NCBI GenBank assembly: GCA_030698625.1
Contig: JAUYMS010000034.1
Coordinates: forward strand, 2,835 to 66,834
Reading direction: 5' to 3'
Length of the DNA stretch: 64,000 nucleotides
DNA from: Candidatus Omnitrophota bacterium
GTDB lineage: Bacteria > Omnitrophota > Omnitrophia > Omnitrophales > Aquincolibacteriaceae
A program made the translations under genes and the position numbers. The notes below the pieces were generated by a model that saw nothing but the letters and a program-made list of their open reading frames with translations, did not search any database and was not told the DNA's origin. Below, piece after piece: positions 50,801 through 62,800 of this stretch. Positions within the stretch are counted from its first letter, which is position 1. Each line of letters starts with the position of its first letter.

Positions 50801-53800
50801 CCTTTAATAAGATTTCCAGATAGCTTCTAGCCTCGTCGAGCGACTCCCCCGCAAGCCTCAGCTGGCGCTCGGCGCCCTCAATCGTGGCCCCTTCAGCCTC
50901 CGCCCGAGCGGCCGCGTTTGTCGCGACTCGGGCATTCACTTCAATGCCCAGTCGATACGCTTGTGCCAGCAGCGCTTGTGCTTCCTGCAGTGTAATTTTT
51001 TCGTCCTTTAAGGCACTGCGAATGCCGGCGATAAGCGCCCTGAGCTTACCCTGAGCCCGAATGCCCTTCGTAAGATCAAGATCCGCCCCTCTAGCGAGTT
51101 CCTCAGCCTGAGCCTGCGTCGCGTTCAGTCCATCAAGGACCGTCGTATCACGCGTGCCGGCTTTGTTGATCTGCTCATTAATCGCATTGATCACTGCGTC
51201 AAGTTTGGTATTGAACTCCTGATTGGCTTCAGATAATGCCTTTGCCCTTGTTCCCTTAAGCAAGCCTCTGAGTGTCTTTTTCAACTCGGTGATGTCTGTT
51301 ACTTTGTGAAGGGCGTCGAGTTTCGAAACAACAGCACGCGCCGCATCGAGATCTCCGCGCAGGACCAGGGCTTCTGCCAGCTCGGCGGCCGTTCCGACCT
51401 GCTCTGCCGTATAGGTATCTGCCGTACGCGACGCGGCCCAAACTCCAAACTCCGCATCGGATAGAACCGCCGCTTCTGACGCCGACAATTTTTGAATCCT
51501 CTCAGTGTCCGGCCCCCGCGCTTCTTTCTCAGCGGTTTCACGGCGGTTGCGCGCCACATCCAGGACCTGCTCGATCGCCGCGTGCACGGCTTCGTCGCGC
51601 GGCGCGCCCTTAGCGGCACGGTTAGCAAAGTTCACGGCGCAGGAGCTGCAGGTCGCATCAAGGGCTTCAAGGTCTGCGGCAAAATCAGCGTCGATCTCAA
51701 TTCCCGAACGCGCTACGTTTTCAAAGGTATGCCCCACACGGTCGGCCCGTTCATCGGCAAGTTCCTGCTTCTGCGCCTCACTGAGCGAAGACCCCTTGAT
51801 GCCTTCGATCATGGCATCATGCGCCTGCTTCTGCTGCTGCAATGCGGTCCGAAGCGCATCCCGATCACCCGCCCGAATCGCGTCTTCCACCGCCAGCTCG
51901 GCCCTAATGGCCGCAAGTTCATGACTTGTTTCGCCGCAGCCACCGCCGCCGCATAGTTCCTGGAACTTCGAGACGTTGTTCCGGACAGCGTTGATGTCCA
52001 GCGTATCCACACGGCTCAAAGCGGCGGCGGCCTTCGCCCGGAACTGATTAGCCTGGTTCGCCGTCACACCCAGTTCAGCCTGCAATGTCTGCGTCTCGGC
52101 ATAGAGCCCGAGGATTTGAGCGCGCAGCTGCTGCATCTGACGGTAGGTCTGCGCCGTCCGCGGGCGAGCCTGAAGAGCGGCTAGTTGGTCGATCTTGGCA
52201 AGTAACTCATCAGCGGCTTCGACGAGCCGCTGCGCTTTGGCGCGGGCCGCCGCATCCCTCTTGAACGCCTCGTCGATGTCATTCAGGAAGTCTGCGCCGT
52301 CAACGAAAAGATCGGCGGCCGTCACGGGAATGGCGGCTCTGGCGGCCGCGGCCGCTGTCGCAAGTTCTACGCGAAGCGCGCCGAGTTCTGCGAGCACAGT
52401 CGCATGCAGAGAAACTGCCTCAGCGGCCGGCGCATAATTCAATACTTCTCCAGCATGCCGGTAAGCGGCGCGCAGTTCTCGAGCGGCTTGCGTCAGTTCG
52501 CCCTTAACGAGATGTTCACGGGCCTTGGCGGCACGCGCCCGAGCCTTGGCCGCATGTATTTCAGCTGCGGTGCTTGGTTCGGAGGCCTCAGCCGCCGCTT
52601 CTTCATCAGCCGAAATCAATCGATTGAGACGGTCCGCGAGATCCTGACGTGCCGACCGGATTCCATTGCGTATCGCATCGGGTACTGAAAAGAGCATGAC
52701 CAGAAGACGCAGGGCAATCCACTCAACCAGGATGACGGCACCACCGGCAACGAGGCCGGCCGTGATGGCCAGGGCGATCGTAAGCATTACAGCAATGGCC
52801 ATCGAACCGCCGACAAGGGGCACCAACACCGGCAAGAGCAGTGCAAACATAACGATACCGGCCGCAATCGCCAAAACTGACGCGATGTTAAAGTACTGCG
52901 TACCCAACGTACCGAGGACCCATCGTAAGCCGTCGACGATCCGCGAAGACAGGGTCTTGCCGGTCCTCTCAGCCGGCGCAATCGTCTTAGCCAACCATTC
53001 GATCAAGCCCTTCTTGCCGTTTTCGAATGCCTGATTCAGAGCGCGAGCCACTGCCGCAATCCTTGTAGACACTGCAATGACCGGCGGTGCCAACGCGCGC
53101 GTTATGAGCACCGCAACAATAATCGCCGTCAGTACGGCCGCGGCAACAACACCGACCGTAAGACCGAATACCAGGGCGAGTGCAAGCGCAATACCCGCAG
53201 TAACCGCCAACTGATCGGAGACACGGCCTGTCAAAAAGCGGTACATCCCTTCCGGTATCACCTCAGAGATGGCCCAGCCGGCAAGGCCAAGCATGCCTAG
53301 GAGCAGAGCCACACCCAGGAAACTCAGCACTATGCCGGTAAGCGTGTAAGCCGCCCCGGAGATTATTAATCCCGCCAATGCCACAAGCGCCGGAACTCCC
53401 AACACCAGCGCCGTCACCACGGCGGCGGCCGCACCCATCACAAGAAGCATGCGTGTCGGCGAAATACTGGCAACGCGATTCCGGATTGCCGTACCCAAAG
53501 AACTCGCGAAGCCCCTCAGTAAGGTCCTCAGGTTGATCGGGATACGGAGAACGGTTTCTTCGGGTCTGGTCTCCCCGAATGCCGGTATCGTGATGGTTTG
53601 AGTGAAGAGAAATAAATCACTGACATACAAGACTGCCGCAACCAGAGCGCTCACGATGACAGCCGCGACAAGCCCCGGAAGAATACCGCCGAGAACAAGA
53701 GTGAAGCTGGTGATCACGGCTGCCGCAACAGCGGCAGTAACAAGGGCAATCGCGATGCGGCGCCCGTAATTGACAGCAATATCAACCGCCTTGTCGAAGG

Positions 53801-56800
53801 TAGCTTGCGCCGCGAGCAGGCTGAGCGCAACGGCCGCCGCCCCCATAAGCACTGCAAGGCTGAAGGCGTATGCAATCTGCTGGCGATAAACGATGGCTAG
53901 CGTGACAAGCGTCGTCACAACAGCAACCGCCGCAACCGTCCCAAAAACCAGCGCAAGTCCGAGCGCAACACTGCCGAGTGTGAATCCGAGGATCGTGCCG
54001 ATGCCGGCAAGCACAAACGGTGCAAGCACTAAGGCGAGGATGATCTGTCCCGCACGGTCGCCGGTTAAGCCGAGCAACGAACCGATTTGAATGGCATACG
54101 GGATCACGGTCGCAAGAGTTGCAATGATGGCGATTGTTGCAATGGCATTAATCACACCGCCGACAACGAGACCTACGGCCGAGACCGCCAACACACCTGC
54201 CGCAACAACAGTTAAACCAATTCCAATTTGACGGCGGTACTTGACAGCAAGTTCGGTCAGGTTCGACGCACCTTCATATGCGAGAGCGGCGACGATAACG
54301 CTTATGATCCCAATCGCGATAGCCGCGCCGGCGCCATAACGCGCTAGCGTACGGCCGACGGGAGGCCCGTATCGAACGGCCAGGTCCTTCAATCCGACAA
54401 GCAGGTTGTAAGCAACGGAGAGACCCGCAATAACGGTAAACACACCGATAATGGCCCCGGCAACTGCTGCAAACACCAGGGCCTCGCCGATTTCGCTGCG
54501 ATAAGCGACGGCCACGATGACTAGCGCCGCAACTGCCGCAATCGCCAGGGTAACGCCGATCAGGATAACGGCACTCGCCACAAGGCTAACGCCCAACACA
54601 GCGTTCACACCGAGCAGCAGGCCGACGCCGGCCGCAAGTGCGGCTCCGGCAATACGAATTCGCTGTGCATTGGCCGCATAGAAGTTCGCGACGGCAGTCC
54701 CGGCAGATGAAAGCGCCGAAGTTATTGCAGTCGTAATCGTGCTGCCATAAGTACGAATCAACCAATTAATACCTGCCGCGACGGCAGCGACACCGGCAAT
54801 TGCAGCAAGGCCGAGAGCGGCATACAACCCCACCGTCAAGGCCAAGGCCGGTGCCAAGCCAATGCCGAGAATCGCGGCCACACTTGCAAGTACAATCCCG
54901 GTCGCAACACGATGACTCCACAGGAACTGGGCCACCCTGCCGATCACGCGACCGGTCGCCATAACGGTCTGGAAGATCAGATAAACAGCGGCGCCGAATA
55001 ACGCCGCGGCCAACGCAAAGGCACCGAAATACGCCAGTGATGCAAGAAAGCCGCCGGTCAGCGGAATAAGAGCAAATGCCGCACCGAATACGACGGCACT
55101 GAGCCCGAGGGCTATGGCGATCGCGCGGACCACCTGAGCTGTCTCGGATTCTCCTGCTTTTACCCAAGCGGTAATCGACGCAATAAAACCCCAGAGACCG
55201 GTCAATGCAGTCAGTGAGGCTTGCTGCAAAGTAGTGCTGAGTATGAGTCCGATAGCGATAAGAACGGCAGCCGCAACAGCGGCCCCGACCACACCGCCCA
55301 GGAAGAATGTCGCCGCTCCGCCTGCCGCAAGGACCAACGCGACAGCCGCGACGGCGCGCAGGTTCATACGGCTCAGGAATCCGCGCAATTTGCTGAAAGC
55401 AAAGTAAGTGGCCCCGAGGGCGAGAAACCCCGCGAGAACCATGTAGATCTGGTTGATGAAGGGCCTTATTTGGTCGGCACTTTCGGGGAGACCCGTATTT
55501 TGCCCTATACCTTGCGAATCAAGAAATACAAGAAGGAGAGCAGCCAGCGCAAGTCCGGCGATACCACCAGCGACAATCTTGACCATTTCTAGCAGTGCGG
55601 AGCCCCCACTCCCTGAACGAGCGCGCCGGCTCGGAGTCGTACGCCCGGAAGGCGCGACGGCGCCCGAATCAGACGGTGTCACGACCACGCCACCGTCATC
55701 CGGTGCTTCGAATGCGTCGGCACCAGATGCAATGGGCGGAGCAAAATCCGTAATGGGGGGGACAGCTTCGGCCTCATCGACTATCGGCGGTGCCGGCGCC
55801 GCTCTGCCAACGGGAACCGTTTTATCTGCCTCCGCAACAGGCAGGGCATTCAGTTCGGCCTGCGTCGACGCTGACCGCGACGTAGCATCCGCGGCGTCCT
55901 TCGTCATGCCTAACGCGGCGTAAAGCTGCGCTGCCTGACGGTAACTCTGTATGGCAAGTCTATACTCGGCCGCAGCCGCGGCATAATACGAGCCGGCATC
56001 CCTTGAATCAGCTCTCCTCGCGCGAAATTCAAAGTCCTTTGCCAAGGTATAATGCGAGTCTGCTTCGCCATACAGCGACTCCGCCTGAGCCGAAGCAGCG
56101 GCCATATCGGGCACTCCGGGTGTGACAGGCGCCGCCGGCGCAGACTGATCAGACGCACTTTCGACAATGGCCGCGCGAAATGCCTGCACAAGCGGCTGCG
56201 CATGGGTATAGCCGGTGTTGTACAAGTATGCAGCGTCACCTTCGAAAAATCGGGCATTCAGGCCCAGCGGCTTCCCATTCGCGCCCTGGGCTTGCTCGGG
56301 ATATTCAATGCCGGGCGCCGATATGCCCGCCTGCAGCACGACTGTGTCATTGACGCCATACGGAGTGATTGCTCCATCTGCGAGTTCCACATGCCCTTGC
56401 CAACTGATATCGTATTCGGCATTGTGGTGGAAGGAGTAAATAAGTTTGCCGTCCTTTGACTGAACGAGAACGGTGCGGACATCGCCTCCAAAGGCATCGT
56501 TATACCGCGTTTGATCGGACAGAATGCCGTTTTCGAAATCGGGCGCCGATCCTTCCTGCCGAACACCCTGTTCGGACGGGTTACTCGAATGATTGAATGC
56601 GACGTATTGACCCCCGTCCGCCAAGGTCGCCGCATACCCGGCCTGTTTGACCATGCTATCGACCACGCTCAACGGTATAAACAGGGCGGCATCGAGCGCA
56701 TCACCCAGGGTCGTTCCGTCAATGACTTCAAGACCGTCGAGGTAATCGCTCACGCCCGTGCGAAGTGTCTGCTGTGTTTCATGATGTCCCTTGCCGAGCC

Positions 56801-59800
56801 AGGTGACCTGCTCAGTATTTTCGGCGTCCCGAGCCAGATGCGAGGCGACCCGCCACTCGCTCTGGGAATTACTCTTATACGCGAGTCGGAGATTGACAGT
56901 GCCGTCAGCCTCGACGACATAGAGCACCACGGCCGCGCGTCCGTCGATCTTAGAAACCGAAAAGGCGTCGGAGGAATAGACCACCTTCCCGCCGATCGTG
57001 AACTTGTGTTTGGGGCCGAGACCCGCATCCTGAAGTCTCGCAAACACCTTATCTGCCGTGTTGTACTTGCCGTCTCGCGAAATGATGTGTTCAATCGGAA
57101 AGTAGGTCTGTCCCAGCTGCTCATCATTCGACAGGCGCAGGTTGCCGGAACTCACTTCCGGGGCTTCAGTCACAGCACCGTTCTGAACCACATTGCCGAT
57201 CCGAACGCCGCCGGTAGCCGCAGGTGCTTCCACCCGGGCGCCACGCCCTTCAGCACGCGCCTGCGCTTCATTGCGAGCCGCCAGCTCCTGCTGTTCAGCC
57301 GAATCGATCGTGGGCGCTCCTGAACGCAAGCGGCTGGCGGCGTCCCGCGCTTCCCTTCCCGCCGTATCCACCCTTGCCGCATCTGCCGTGTGGCCAAGCT
57401 CTTCATAACGACTTTGCGCATCGGCGAACAGGCGTGCCGCGATATCAAACTCCGCGGCCGCACCTACTGCTGACATAGATTGAAAATTAAGAGCAAAGGC
57501 GACCTTAACCTCGGCCTGCTCCTCGAGATCCCGGGCCTCATTTAACAACTTTGCCGAATCGGAGGCAGTGCGAGAGGCGTCCCCTTCCTGTTGCTTCAAC
57601 CCGGCTTCAGCGCGCGCTCTAAGTGTGCGGGCGTGATCGAGTCGTTCCTGGATCCGATCCTTTGATTGTCCGTAATTCTGTCCCAGGCCCGTCGCCAATG
57701 TCAACGCATCGCTAAGATCCGCCTCGGCACCCTGCGCATACGGCAGGGCCCGGGTAAAATCGCCCGCATCGATATTGCCTTCCGCCCATTCAATCCGCGC
57801 CTCGGCCCGTTCGATGTTATTGATGACGGCGCTAAGCGATGCTAAATCGCTGCTCAGTTTCCGTGCGGCAGCCTTCTGACGCCCGCTCGTCCTATTGACA
57901 AGGCGGCCCAATTGCTGCTGAAGATTTTTCAACGCAGCCTTCGCCGTCCGGAGCCGCTCTTCGGCCTTTCCGGAATCATCCGCCGCGGCGTAGGCGACAG
58001 CCTGCGCGACGGTCCGGACAATCTTAGCGTAGGTATCCTGCGCTTCAGTCAAGACGCCTTGAGCCCCTTCGCCTTCGCCAAGGTAGAGTTCCGCAGCTTG
58101 CTGACTGAGGCTGCGTGCGTTCACAGCAAGCGCGCCGAATCCGGCGTACCTCGCTGCATGCCGGTCAAACTCGCCGGCGGCATGGTTCAACTGCACTTGA
58201 GCCAGAGCGAAGGTACTGTCCCCCCGGCCTTCGACGGACTCACGGCCCAGGGAGTAACTGACGGCTGCCTCGGCAACTCGATTCGCGGCCTGTGCTTCAA
58301 TCGTATATTTATCCGCCTGAGCCTTGTCTGCCGTCTCCTCGGCAAGCTCGGTGAAAACAGCCGCGGCCTGCCTCAGCAGGGTTGCCGCTCTGACATAATT
58401 CGATTCCGTGTACGTGACCGTTCCGGCCGTCGAATCAGGCAAGCCGAGCAATTCGAGAGCGCTTTTCACAGTGCTGCGGGCGGCTCTGGCCCGTTGTGTC
58501 ACACTCTGCGATGGCGCCACCGTGCTCTGCAAGATTTCGCCTTCACGCCCGCGGCCGGTGAGGACGCGGAGGTTATTGGCGATATGCGAGGCGATGGCTG
58601 CGAGCAAGCCAAGAGGCCCTGCCCGGAGTACGCCCCGCGCCATGCGGCCGGCAAATTCCTTGTGGCGAAGTTGACGCTCATTTATGATTTCAGACACCGT
58701 TTGCGCTGCCGCACCAGTCACCGCACTCGCTCCGCTGCTTTTTACGATCTCTTCGGCAGCCCTGCGGTCTGCGCTCTTATGAGCCGCCGCAAATTCACGG
58801 TTGGCCTGGACAAAGGCGCGCAGCAGGGCGTTGCGAAAACCGTGACCTGCACGCAGATTCTGCACGAGCAATACGGCAGGCCGCCCAACGCGGAAATAGA
58901 GCTCTTCGGCGACGGGGACAACGAGACCGTTGACTAAAAGGTTCGCGGGTTTGGATGATATGAAGTCGAGGCCGGTCCCGATGAGCCGGCCGGCCGAACC
59001 GAAGATCGCGGCCAGGGCATTGAGCACGCCCTGCGCCAGGGCATTCAGGCGGCTGAGGAACCCGGGCCGGGCTTCAGCGGCCGTCGCCCGGTAGAGGCGG
59101 GTAATTTCGTCCCTTTTGCCCTCGATATCCTGGACCCGTTCGAATCCCGCCCGCGTCAATAGCCGTTCATACGCATTCGCGCGCCGGGATCCCGTGGTTT
59201 CCTTCTCGGCCCCGGCGGCCTCATCCACGACCCTCTCGCCGCGCTGGGCCGTCGAGAGGACGTCGATGCCGAGGGCCCCCAGGCCCCTCGCAGCGCCCAT
59301 GAGCTTGCGCGCGAAGTCAATCGAATCCTTGGAGGCATTGGCCGATATGCGGGTCAGAGAACCGCCCACTGTGAAGCCGATCTCCACATAGGAGTCCCTG
59401 ACATTCAGGCCTTTCGCGAGGGAGGCGTCTCTCCAGTTGATGATCAGGTCCTTCCCGTTCACACGGCCATAGGCATGAAAACTCACCGCCGTAATATATG
59501 CGAAACGCAGGCCCGGGAATTGCTCGTGCAGGAGCACCAGGGCCCGTTTGCCGTTTTCCGGCAGGCGGCTTGCGCCCGGCGCAATGGCTTCCAGACGGCG
59601 TCCAAACGCAAGTTCTATCGTGCTCGCGAGGCGCTCACCTTTGGCGGCAGTTCCGATAATGACACTCACATTATGGGCGATGTGCTTGCCAATCGCGGCT
59701 CCGAGTCCCAAGATACCAGAGCTCCCTGCAGCGGCGGCGAAATCTTTGGCAAGATTTTCATAGTATTTGAATTCTGCGCTATCCACCCGCGAAACATCGG

Positions 59801-62800
59801 GATGAGCCAGCGCAAACTGCCGGGCGGCTTCATTCTCCGCTTCATCCCGAGTCATCCCCTGCTCACGCTGCAACTTTGCCGGCAGGATACGGCGGAATGT
59901 AATTTCTTCGACTATCGGCACAATGAAACCGTTGACAACCAGATTTGCCGCCTTCGTGAGTGTTAAAACGTCGAGGATAGTGCCGACAACCTTCCCGGAA
60001 GTACCGAAGATCCCACCAAGCAAGTTTGCGAAGAAACTGCCGAAGCCGCCGACTGATGTGGCGGCGCGTCTTTCGGTCTCGGCCTGTTCGGCTTGGCCTG
60101 TGCGGTCGCGTTTCAAGGGTTCAATTTGGAATTCATCGAGGAGCGTTTGTGCGGCTACCTGGCCGAGAGAGCGGCCGAGACTGGCAAGAAGGATGTCGCT
60201 TCTGCCGGCCGCATCTAAATTCGGCAGGACTTCTTCAATTAAGGCGTTCACTTCGGGGGGTGCACGAGCCGCCTCGCTGCCCAGCACCCCTTGAGAAAGT
60301 GCGACACCGAGTAATTCCGCCAATCGCGCGGCGCGGTCGTTGCTGAGCTCCGCAAGAAAGGCTCGGACGAGTGCGGCCTTGCGGGTCTGCCCTTGACGCT
60401 CCAGGGACTGCGCCAGCACCGCAAGGACTTGCTCCAGGACCAGCCCGTTCAACTGCCGGCCGGCCAGCCTGTTCATATTAATGAGATTCGTAATAGCGTT
60501 GACGAACAGCTCGGCGAATGTCGCTTCCGCGGCCGTATTTGCGGTGCCCGAAACTGAAATCGCCAGCAGCTGGCTCAGGAATAATGCCGCTGATTCTTCG
60601 GCAGACGTTGCGCCCACGAGGCCGCTTTCGCGAACAAAATCTGCAGAACGCAAGGCCGTCAGGAAATTGACCGCCCGCTTCACACGCTCGGCACGGTCCT
60701 CCGCCTCATGACCCGTGTTAACTTCGTTGAGCAAGCCGGCAAAGACGTTGAGCACAACCGGCACAATCTGGGCCGCGGCCGCGGCATCGGCTTCCAGTCC
60801 CAGGCTCTGGGTCAGCATCTGCTGCAACAATTCATTCCGAATGACCACATCACCGCCGCGGGCCGCCTCCACCAGGATGTTCGCAAACGCGCGAACCTCG
60901 GCGGCCGTCAGATTAGACACACCGGCGAGAAGCGCCGCCGCTCCTTCAGCCGATATCTGCACAAACTGAATGGATCTTCCGTCTTCCGAGGCAATGCCGA
61001 GGAAGTTTCCGTTCTGAGCCGCCCACAGCGACAAGGCAAAGTTACCGCCGAGGACAAGGTCGATGTCTACAGCAATGGCCGGGATAGCCGAGGCATCGAC
61101 TATCGCGCCGTCGGTCAGATTGGTGTTTCCGATATTAAAACCCACGATCTGGAATCCCGCACCCTGCACCATATTCCGCAGCGCCTCGGAGCCGCGCACA
61201 AAGTTTGCTTCGCCTGAGACGATGAGGATCGGCACCGTATTGCCGGTCAGAAGAAGCCCCGACAATGCGACCCCATTGGCGGTCAAGTTGCGGAACTGAT
61301 TGAGGAACTGCGGCGAGCTAAGGTCTTCCTGATTCAGCACGAAGATCTGCGTCTCGCCCGTGAGATTATTAGAAATTTCAGAGCCGGTGATCGAAACCGG
61401 CGTCAGGGTTCCGATGACGGCACCGGCAATCTGATTGGCAAGCGCGGCATCTGCTGCGCCCAGCTGCGCTAATGCACCGACAAGAGCGGTCACGACACCA
61501 GCAACGCGTACGGCGTGTGCATTGTTGGTGACGGCAAGATTGGCGAACTGCGCCCCAAAGCTTGCAACCGTCGCGGCCGAAACACCGCGCACCCCGCTGA
61601 TCGCCAACACACTTTCAGAGATTGTCAAGGCAAGAGCACTGCCGGCCGCGTCTGTTCCCAAGAGGGTAAGGATATCGGCTGCGAAGGTCGCGCCTGCCGC
61701 AGCGTTAGTCACGGCAACCGCTGTGACCGCATCGGCGATCGCTACTGCCTGCGCTGAGTTCGTCTCGTTCAGGGTCATAAGGGCCGCGGCAAACCCGGCC
61801 TGTGTGGCCGCGCTCGCCGACGTATTGCCGAGAGCTGTGACGGCACGGCCGATCGACTGCGCAACCGCAGGCTGCGTTTCGGTCAAATCAAGCAACCGCG
61901 TCGCAAGATTTACGAGAGTGTCACCGGCAACGTTAGCTGCGGAGAGACTCGCGATAGCACCGGCCGTTGCAGAAGCAAGGGCCGGATTGCTGACAGACAG
62001 ATTGCTGAGGCGCAGGGCAGCGCTTGTGACGCGCGCGGCATTATTACCAGAAGCGAGCGCAATCGCGTTTACACTTTGTGAGATGGTCACGGCAAGGGTG
62101 AAACCGGCGGCGTCTGTACCAAGAAGCCTGAGTATATTGGTTGTGAATGACGCACCGGTGGCTGCATCGGCCGTGACGACGGCCGTAACCGCATCGGCGA
62201 TCGAGCGAGCAACCGCAGGCTGCGTTTCGCTCAGGCTGAGCAGCTGAGTCGCTAAACTCAGGACAACGCCGCCGGAAACATTGGTCCCGGCCAGAGCCGT
62301 AATAGCGCCTGCCGCCGCCAACGCAAGGGTCGGATTGTTGACGGCCAGGCTGCCGAGGATCAGGGCGGCATTCGTGACAATCGTCGCATTGTTATTAGAA
62401 GCACTTGCAATCGCAGTCAGGCTTCGGACCAGCGTCCGGGCGGCGGCCGTCTGATTGCTCACAAGCATGGCCGAAACGGGGAGGGCAATGGCATTGATCG
62501 CGAAGGTATTGAAGCCGGTCGCCGCGGCAAGCACTGAGATGCCGTGCGCGATATCCGCTGCCGCGGCCGCGTCCGTCCCCGCGAGAGTGACGATCCCGTT
62601 GACAAAATTCGTGACGGTCGTGCCGTCCAGCGAGATGTTGGCCGTAGCAACCGCTGTCACCGCATTGGCAATCGTAACCGCCAGCTCTGAGCTCGTCGCG
62701 TTTAGATCATTCAGGGTCATGATGTCCACGGCAAACCCGGCCTGTGTGGCGGCGCTCGCCGACGTATTCCCGAGAGCTGTCACCGCACTGCCGATCGACT

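Noticed and set aside
30531-62247. Numerous 100-340-aa plus-strand ORFs inside the giant gene B interval (e.g. 31533..32426, 35757..36737, 42727..43497 minus frame, 56511..57323, 57912..58937, 61435..62247)
   Set aside because: All lie antisense or out of frame within the single 34 kb minus-strand ORF. Their compositions are low-complexity Arg/Ser/Pro-rich with no motifs.
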